A stretch of 64,000 nucleotides of DNA. Source: Spirochaetia bacterium (GTDB lineage Bacteria > Spirochaetota > Spirochaetia > UBA9216). Positions 57,594-64,000 of the stretch are shown piece by piece (the first letter of the stretch is position 1; each line of letters opens with the position of its first letter). Below the pieces are notes generated by a model. That model ran no database searches. It was given only the letters and a program-made list of their open reading frames with translations, and had not been told where the DNA came from. Position numbers and translations under genes: made by a program. The stretch lies in assembly GCA_965140585.1 (NCBI GenBank), contig OZ223270.1, positions 320,001 through 384,000 on the forward strand, read 5' to 3'.

Positions 57594-58190
57594 TTATTCA
57601 ATGAATGTTGTGAAACCGATAAACAACAGGTAAAGAGAGAGAGGTGCGGTATCTTTGAGGTGCTTCAGGGTTCTACCAAAGCTCATTTTGCAGGAAGCTT
57701 CGGACTTTCCTGTTACTGCTGCAATTTCTGCAAAGCTCAGATCATCCCATATACGAAGCATGATCAGCTCACGTTTGCCTGCTGGAAGCTCCATCAGCAC
57801 GGGCTTCAGCTTTTCCCAGTAGATACGGTTATGTACATCAACTACATGATCTTCTTCGGAAGGAATTTCCCAGACATCGGAAGGGTTTTCTCTTCTTTCA
57901 GCGGATCTGAAATGATCGATTACAGTATTAGCCGCAATCCTGTACAGCCAGGTACTAAAACTGCCTTTTCCGGGGTTAAATCGTTCAAGCATGTCCAGAG
58001 CCTTCAGAAATGTTTTTGAGCACAGATCTTCGGCCGTTTCTCTGTGCATGGTCCGGTAGTAAATGTAGCGGTAAATTCTGTCAAAAAACAGTTCATACAG
58101 CCTGCCGAATGAATCCGTCGATCCGTCCTGAGCAGCCTTTACCAGTTTTTCCGTCTCTCTAACCATAACAATATTCCTTTTGTCGTTCAT
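57594..58190 (-). CDS. ECF RNA polymerase sigma factor
   Basis: AEDLCSKTFLKA, FSTWLYRIAANTVIDHFR, LSFAEIAAVTGKSE. Confidence 0.92.
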   Translation of the reverse strand: MNDKRNIVMVRETEKLVKAAQDGSTDSFGRLYELFFDRIYRYIYYRTMHRETAEDLCSKTFLKALDMLERFNPGKGSFSTWLYRIAANTVIDHFRSAERRENPSDVWEIPSEEDHVVDVHNRIYWEKLKPVLMELPAGKRELIMLRIWDDLSFAEIAAVTGKSEASCKMSFGRTLKHLKDTAPLSLYLLFIGFTTFIE

Positions 58191-58200
58191 CACAGAATAC

Positions 58201-58226
58201 TACGGAGCTGTCTGAAAAAGGTAACA
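58201..58226 (-). promoter_or_regulatory. ECF-type autoregulatory promoter
   Basis: TGTTAC-N16-CGTA with a T-tract after the -35, 7-10 nt before GTG/ATG. Confidence 0.65.
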
Positions 58227-58385
58227 GAAATATTTAAAAAAAATCCAGCCGATTTTTATATATAGCGTATTTCCTATGTTGATTTTTTTTCGTATATTGA
58301 TAGACAAGCTTATATTAAAACAAACCATTATTCTTCTTATTTGAAAGGATTTGTGTTAAATTAATTCTATACAGGAGTGTTATCT

Positions 58386-59327
58386 ATGAAAAAAATTATC
58401 ATTGTCGGATCGGGACCTGCCGGTCATACTGCAGCAATATACAGCGCCCGGGCAGGAATGGACCCGCTTATGTACGAAGGCTGGATGGCCGGAGGAATCG
58501 CCCCGGGAGGACAGCTTACAACTACCGGAACAGTAGAAAACTTCCCCGGATTTCCTGACGGAGTCGGGGGAACAGAACTAATGATGATGATGAGGGCACA
58601 GGCTGTGAATACCGGTGTCGAGATTCTTACAGAAACAGTTGATTCAGTTGACCTCTCAAAACGGCCCTTCAAGGTTGTTACTTCAGAAGGCGAACAGGAA
58701 GCTGAAGTAGTAATAATTGCCACCGGAGCTATTGCAAAAAGAATGAGAGTTCCGCACGAAGATGATTTCTGGCAGAGGGGAATTTCCGCCTGTGCCGTAT
58801 GCGACGGAGCACTTCCGGTATTCAGAAATCAGCCCCTCGTTGTTGTCGGCGGCGGAGATTCGGCCATGGAAGAGGCCATGCACCTTTCCAAATTCGGAAG
58901 CAAGGTTTATATCGTTCACAGAAGAGACGAATTAAGAGCCAGCAAGGCAATGCAGGAGAGAGTTTTAGCGAATCCTAAAATAGAGGTACTTTGGAGCACG
59001 ACCCTGGTTGATGTTAAAGGCGATAATGCACTGACTCATGTGGTTCTTGAAGATGTTAAAACCGGCGAACAGCGGGATCACGAGGCGAAGGGTCTTTTCT
59101 ATGCAATAGGACACAAGCCCAACACTGATTTTCTTGCAGGACAGCTTGAACTTGATTCGGAAGGGTATATAATAACAAAAACCGGAACAACAGAAACTTC
59201 GGTAGAAGGCGTTTTTGCCGCCGGTGATGTTCAGGATAAAAAGTACAGACAGGCTATTACATCTGCAGGATCCGGCTGCATGGCCGCGCTTGAAGCAGAA
59301 AAATATATATCAGCTAACCCTCTTTAA
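58386..59327 (+). CDS. trxB: Thioredoxin-disulfide reductase
   Basis: [54 protein letters not shown]. Confidence 0.96.
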   Translation: MKKIIIVGSGPAGHTAAIYSARAGMDPLMYEGWMAGGIAPGGQLTTTGTVENFPGFPDGVGGTELMMMMRAQAVNTGVEILTETVDSVDLSKRPFKVVTSEGEQEAEVVIIATGAIAKRMRVPHEDDFWQRGISACAVCDGALPVFRNQPLVVVGGGDSAMEEAMHLSKFGSKVYIVHRRDELRASKAMQERVLANPKIEVLWSTTLVDVKGDNALTHVVLEDVKTGEQRDHEAKGLFYAIGHKPNTDFLAGQLELDSEGYIITKTGTTETSVEGVFAAGDVQDKKYRQAITSAGSGCMAALEAEKYISANPL

Positions 59328-59345
59328 AAGAAGGCGATAGAAATT

Positions 59346-61277
59346 ATGGGCAAGAGGCCTCCGGAAAGATACAATCCGGGAGAACTTGACAAAACCAGAG
59401 CAAATCTCGGATCTCTTTCCAAGGAAGAAGCGGCCAGAATGGCCGCCCTTCTGGGCGGAGAGGTCGGCGTTGAAAAAACTTCAGATAAAATGAAGGAAAA
59501 ATACGACGATCTTAAAAAACGTACCGAAAAAAAGAGCCAGGTCAGCTATAAACCGGCCTCCCAGTTTAAGGCGCCTAAAGTTCATACAGGCGGCTATAAA
59601 TCGGTTTCAACCCGTAAACGGAAGATAAGCTATATAGACCGTATCAGAATGGATCTGCTGGCGGCCCGGCCTGAACACCGCATAAAAACCAGAGGATCAA
59701 TTATCCATGCCTATCTCAGATTTATTTCCGGAGGAAAGGACATAATAAATCCCAACTTTCTGATACACGGAGACAGGTATTTCTTCAGCCACATCCAGAC
59801 ACTTCAAGCCTCAACAGCAAAACTGCTGGCTTTTGTTGAACCGGCTACTCTGAATATCTATGTAAACCCGTTTTACCGAAATATCCTTAAAAGCCTTGTT
59901 AAGTGGGATCTTGAATATCTCAATAATGAGATGGGCAGCCTTCAGCGCTCTCCGAGGAACAAGAATGTAATTGAGTGTTCTGAGCTATGCCGCCTAATCT
60001 ACAAACCAATAATCAGGCTGAGCAGAATAAATATCGACCACATAACCTCGGCTCTGGACAGACTGAACAGCCTTATCCTTATCCTTACAAAATTCACCCC
60101 CGATGAATATAAGAATCTTGAACCCTATTACCTGAACGCAAGGGACAAGATTCCGGTCGTATTCAAGGATGTTGCATACACATGCTACCCTCTACTGCTT
60201 AAACTCTCAGGATCCCAGTTTCATTTTTATAAGGACTTTCTTAAAAAGGACCGGCGGCATATCACAGGATTTCTGGCTCTTGCGAAAGAAGACCTTATCT
60301 CGCCGCCCATGGATATGAACGCGGAGCTTAAAAAACAGAAACCGCTGGGACAGCTTGAAGAAATCCTTAAAAAGCAGGAAGAAGAACGGCTGATGAAAAA
60401 CAGCATTCAGGATATGGAAAGGGATGAATCTGAAATAACAGCGGGTATAGAACTGCTTGAAAAACTTTTTCCCGAAGCCGGGTGGAAACAGTACAAAGAG
60501 TTTCCAGATCTTTACCAGTACTTTCAGCCTCTTTATGACTTCCCCAGGGGTGTGGAACTTATTCCGCCCGATGATCCGCTGCATCAGATAATAACCCTGG
60601 CCGACACAGTACAGGAGCTGCTTTACGGCTTTAGAAATGTAAACATACTCTCCTCACTGGGCGCTGATATCGATGAAATAACTGATAAGTGGCATCTGTT
60701 TATCGATGAAATGATTCAGAAAAACTACTGCAAGATGCTTCTTGAATACGCAAGAGCTGTTGAAAAAGGCGCTGCCCAGAATTCCGACAGCTTTGGTATG
60801 AGGCTTCTCACCGACCTGCTCTGGTACAGAAGGAGGTTCATCCTCCCGAAACAGAAGTTCAAAACTTTATACAAATCACAGGTCATTACAATGAAGGCGC
60901 CGAAGTTCTACCTTGCCGTAAGAAAACTCTACAGCCTGCTTGATACTCTGCTTAAAGATTTTGATGAGAGCCGTGATAAATCAATGGTAATAGAAAACTT
61001 CGCCGGACCATTTAAGTTCGAGATAAAAAATATCACGGCGATCAGGCTCAAACAGTATCTGAACAGAGAAAAGGTTGCTGCAACCAACGAGAACCTCCTG
61101 AGATACACCCTGATGATCCTGTCTGTCCTTGATTTTCTTATCAACAGCGAAAAAAGTATTACCTACCAGGATTTTGCCGAAGACCTTGTCCTGTTCCGTC
61201 ACGATCCGGTTTATCAGAACAAACCGCTATACTCGGTTAATCTCCTGGACACTCACGAGATCCTGAAAAAATACTGA
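59346..61277 (+). CDS. Conserved hypothetical protein (spirochaete-like)
   Basis: 643-aa ORF; N-terminal PGELDKTRANLG...MAALLGGEVGVE resembles proteins I associate with spirochaetes (recall, unverified). Confidence 0.75.
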   Translation: MGKRPPERYNPGELDKTRANLGSLSKEEAARMAALLGGEVGVEKTSDKMKEKYDDLKKRTEKKSQVSYKPASQFKAPKVHTGGYKSVSTRKRKISYIDRIRMDLLAARPEHRIKTRGSIIHAYLRFISGGKDIINPNFLIHGDRYFFSHIQTLQASTAKLLAFVEPATLNIYVNPFYRNILKSLVKWDLEYLNNEMGSLQRSPRNKNVIECSELCRLIYKPIIRLSRINIDHITSALDRLNSLILILTKFTPDEYKNLEPYYLNARDKIPVVFKDVAYTCYPLLLKLSGSQFHFYKDFLKKDRRHITGFLALAKEDLISPPMDMNAELKKQKPLGQLEEILKKQEEERLMKNSIQDMERDESEITAGIELLEKLFPEAGWKQYKEFPDLYQYFQPLYDFPRGVELIPPDDPLHQIITLADTVQELLYGFRNVNILSSLGADIDEITDKWHLFIDEMIQKNYCKMLLEYARAVEKGAAQNSDSFGMRLLTDLLWYRRRFILPKQKFKTLYKSQVITMKAPKFYLAVRKLYSLLDTLLKDFDESRDKSMVIENFAGPFKFEIKNITAIRLKQYLNREKVAATNENLLRYTLMILSVLDFLINSEKSITYQDFAEDLVLFRHDPVYQNKPLYSVNLLDTHEILKKY

Positions 61278-61404
61278 ATACCAATTCACACTCCCCATGC
61301 ACTTAATACCGGCAGTCCTATAGCATCTTTGCTTTTCTGCTGTTAATATTTATGTTAGTATTTTTAAATAAAATACAGGCTGTGATTGGCCGGGGAGAAT
61401 TAGC

Positions 61405-62268
61405 TTGAAAGAATATCTTGATCTTGTTAAGTACGTTATGGAGAACGGAAAACTGAAAAAGAACCGGACCGGGGTAGACACCCTGAGCTGTTTTTCATAT
61501 TTCTACCGCCTGGATCTTCAGAAAGGATATCCTCTTCTTACAACAAAGAAGGTATTCTTCAACTCAATGCTCCATGAACTTATCTGGTATCTTTCAGGTG
61601 AGGAACATATTAAAAATCTCAGAACACATACCAGGATATGGGATTCCTGGGCCGATGAAGAAGGAAGGCTGCAGACAGCATACGGCAGATTCTGGAGAAG
61701 ATACCCCGTTCCGGAGACCGGTCTGCCCGGTGAAAACTGGGGTAAAAAATGGGTGCATCGTGACGAGCAGTCCGGCGGTCTGGTCTTCGATCAGATAAGC
61801 TACATCATTGATACTCTTAAAGAACTTAAAACCAATCCCGAATCACCCAACCTCAGGCGAATGATTGTTGTTGCATGGCATCCCGGAAACGCCGCGGAAA
61901 GCCTGCTACCGCCCTGTCACTACACATTCTGCTTCAATGTGACCGATGGAAAACTTAACTGTCACCTCACACAGCGTTCAGCAGATATAGCCCTGGGAGT
62001 ACCCTTTAATATCGCATGTTACAGCCTGTTAACCTTCATGCTGGCAAAAGAAACAGGCTTTGAAGCAGGTGAATTCGCACACACAATGATAGATGCGCAT
62101 ATCTATGTTGATCAGATTGAAGGACTTAAGGAACAGCTGACAAGAACACCGAAAGAACTGCCCAGATTGAATATTGCAGATAAACCGATGCTGGAACTTA
62201 CATTTGATGATATCAAGGTGGAAGGCTACGATCCGTATCCTGTTATAAAGTTTCCGGTGGCTGTATGA
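61405..62268 (+). CDS. thyA: Thymidylate synthase
   Basis: NRTG, PLLTTKK, ELIWYL, YG..WR, LPPCH, QRSAD..LGVPFNIACY, DAHIY, FPVAV; TTG start with GGGGAG. Confidence 0.96.
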   Translation: MKEYLDLVKYVMENGKLKKNRTGVDTLSCFSYFYRLDLQKGYPLLTTKKVFFNSMLHELIWYLSGEEHIKNLRTHTRIWDSWADEEGRLQTAYGRFWRRYPVPETGLPGENWGKKWVHRDEQSGGLVFDQISYIIDTLKELKTNPESPNLRRMIVVAWHPGNAAESLLPPCHYTFCFNVTDGKLNCHLTQRSADIALGVPFNIACYSLLTFMLAKETGFEAGEFAHTMIDAHIYVDQIEGLKEQLTRTPKELPRLNIADKPMLELTFDDIKVEGYDPYPVIKFPVAV

Positions 62269-63530
62269 ATACCCTTGTGCTGCTGATTATAATTCATTCA
62301 GTTGTTACTGCAGCATTAATTGTTTTACTGGTTATTTTTTATTTGAAATCAAGAATGCTCAAAAACCTCAGATCGATGGTCAACCATGATCTACGATCAC
62401 CGCTGAATGCAATTCTCGGATTCAGCGATCTCCTGCTGCAGACTGAAAAAGATGATGAAAAGATCAAATTTCTCACGGCAATAAACTCCGGCGGAAAAAC
62501 ACTGCTTTCAACCCTGGAGGAGGTTGCCCACCGACTGAAGAAAAAATACAGTCCGATGGTTTTCAGCGGTATCAGGGAAATCCCAGAAAGAAGAATATTC
62601 TCGGGCAGTCTTGATTTTGATAACTCAAAAGAGCCGCAGATAATGATTGTAGATGATTTTTCCGAGAATATTGACTTTTTGGAAAACATCCTCCAGAAAT
62701 CCGGGTTCAGAACAGTTTCAGCGTCCAGCGGTGAACAGGCCATCGAACTGCTGAAAGAACACACCCCCGATCTTGTACTTCTTGATATTGTGATGCCCGG
62801 CCTTTCAGGGTTTGAAACCTGTGCCAAGATCCAGAGCAACCGGGACTTTATTGATATACCGGTAATCTTTTTAAGTGCAAAAAAGGACGAAAAAACTATA
62901 ATAGAAAGTTTCATCTACGGCGGAATCGACTATGTAGTCAAACCCTTCAACAGCCCCGAGCTGCTTGCAAGAGTAAATACCCATCTTCAGCTTAAATCAG
63001 CGAAGGAAAAACTGAATATACTGGCTTTTTCAGACAGTCTTACCGGGCTTTATAACCGCAGAAAAATAATTGAAACCCTTGATCATGAAATGGCCCGCTC
63101 AAAACGCTACGGAGAGAACATGTCTTTTATCATGATCGATATTGACCTCTTCAAAAAAGTCAATGATACTTACGGCCATGATATTGGTGACAAGGCTCTC
63201 ATACGCTTTGCGGAAATCGTAAGCAGCAGTCTTCGGGAAACAGACTTTGCAGGACGACTGGGAGGTGAGGAATTCGGGATAATACTTCCTCAGACAAACA
63301 GAGAGCAGGCGATGATCGTTGCAGAACGAATCAGAAGCAGAATTGAAAAAGAAGCGGGAAACAAGGCTAAAGGAATTCCGGCGTTTACCGCAAGTTTCGG
63401 CGTAGCCGAGTATGAAAAGAAAAACATCAGCTCCGATCTGCTGACACAGAAGGCAGATAAAGCCTTATACAGGGCAAAAGAACTAGGTCGAAACAGGGTT
63501 GAATGCTTTATACAGGAGACAGCAGAGTGA
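62265..63530 (+). CDS. Diguanylate cyclase: TM-HisKA(DHp only)-REC-GGDEF
   Basis: HDLRSPLNAILGF H-box; REC VDD...LLDIVMP...KPF; DSLTGLYNRR, DIDLFKKVNDTYGH, RETD I-site, GGEEF. Confidence 0.9.
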   Translation: MNTLVLLIIIHSVVTAALIVLLVIFYLKSRMLKNLRSMVNHDLRSPLNAILGFSDLLLQTEKDDEKIKFLTAINSGGKTLLSTLEEVAHRLKKKYSPMVFSGIREIPERRIFSGSLDFDNSKEPQIMIVDDFSENIDFLENILQKSGFRTVSASSGEQAIELLKEHTPDLVLLDIVMPGLSGFETCAKIQSNRDFIDIPVIFLSAKKDEKTIIESFIYGGIDYVVKPFNSPELLARVNTHLQLKSAKEKLNILAFSDSLTGLYNRRKIIETLDHEMARSKRYGENMSFIMIDIDLFKKVNDTYGHDIGDKALIRFAEIVSSSLRETDFAGRLGGEEFGIILPQTNREQAMIVAERIRSRIEKEAGNKAKGIPAFTASFGVAEYEKKNISSDLLTQKADKALYRAKELGRNRVECFIQETAE

Positions 63531-64000
63531 GAAATTACAGCCTGATATGTGCAGTAGCGGAAAATATGGTCATCGGAAAAGACAATAAAATTCCTTGGCA
63601 TATCCCTGAAGATCTGAAACACTTTAAAAGGCTTACTACCGGCAATATTGTTGTGATGGGAAGAAAAACTTTCGAATCAATTGGAAAACCTCTGCCGGGA
63701 AGAATCTCAATCGTTATTTCTTCTTCATATGATGAGCCGCAGGAATACACAGCCGATACTCTGCTTTATAAATGCGGGTCGCTCGAAAAGGCTCTTTTTA
63801 CAGCATCAGAAATTGTAGAAAAATCAGCTGGAGAGGGTTCCGTCGATAAACAGATTTTTGTCGCCGGAGGTGCGAGTATCTATAAACAGGCAATCGATGA
63901 TGCTGAAAAACTCTATATCTCAAGAATACCGGGAATTTTTGAGGGGGATACTTTTTTTCCGGAAATTCAGAATCATATTTGGAACCTTACCTCTGAAACA
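63527..64000 (+). CDS. folA: Dihydrofolate reductase (runs off the right edge; absent from the ORF track)
   Basis: GTG 63527 gives MRNYSLICAVAENMVIGKDNKIPWHIPEDLKHFKRLTTGNIVVMGRKTFESIGKPLPGR...AGGASIY...EGDTFFP. Confidence 0.95.
   Translation, partial: MRNYSLICAVAENMVIGKDNKIPWHIPEDLKHFKRLTTGNIVVMGRKTFESIGKPLPGRISIVISSSYDEPQEYTADTLLYKCGSLEKALFTASEIVEKSAGEGSVDKQIFVAGGASIYKQAIDDAEKLYISRIPGIFEGDTFFPEIQNHIWNLTSET

Noticed and set aside
58235-58255. TAAA...GCCGAT as a sigma28 promoter
   Set aside because: The spacer is 9 nt, not 15.
1-64000. CRISPR arrays, transposases, prophage genes, rRNA, selenoprotein UGA readthrough
   Set aside because: None seen by eye; the redox enzymes examined have Cys at the expected motif positions with no in-frame TGA.

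Overview
Gene-dense chromosomal segment with no mobile element or CRISPR array. By inference it comes from an anaerobic free-living spirochaete, based on spirochaete-like hypothetical proteins, Fe-S/flavin enzymes and chemotaxis genes. Contents in order: ptsP, yjbQ, a CoA-disulfide reductase-rhodanese-TusA-DsrE fusion, an M20 amidohydrolase, an orphan DmsA-like molybdoenzyme, two outer-membrane-type proteins, a TonB-dependent receptor/ExbB/ExbD/ExbD/TonB operon, tkt behind a NuoE/NuoF/NuoG-GltD (Stn/Bfu-like) module, an NYN protein, srkA, HisKA_2 kinases, two ECF sigma modules, darAB-like genes, lspA, tRNA-Ala(CGC), a STAS-CheA-CheR-CheB-CheY-CheD chemosensory cluster, trxB and thyA-diguanylate cyclase-folA. 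The strongest candidate for an undescribed system is the operon at about 28890-32920. It encodes a Cys-containing MarR regulator, an ArsM-like methyltransferase, a 31-aa Cys-rich peptide absent from the ORF track (30059-30154, MKSLIKKKPEGKKEVAQCCAKLSKVVAGCHD), a radical SAM/SPASM maturase and a thioredoxin-thioredoxin reductase fusion. It looks like a RiPP pathway with a possible arsenic/metalloid link. Also notable are many apparently leaderless genes, a leaderless uORF coupled to the NYN gene, MshEN-like motifs in CheA and a J-domain protein, and a mini-MotA in an ECF operon. All calls come from reading motifs by eye; no database searches were run.
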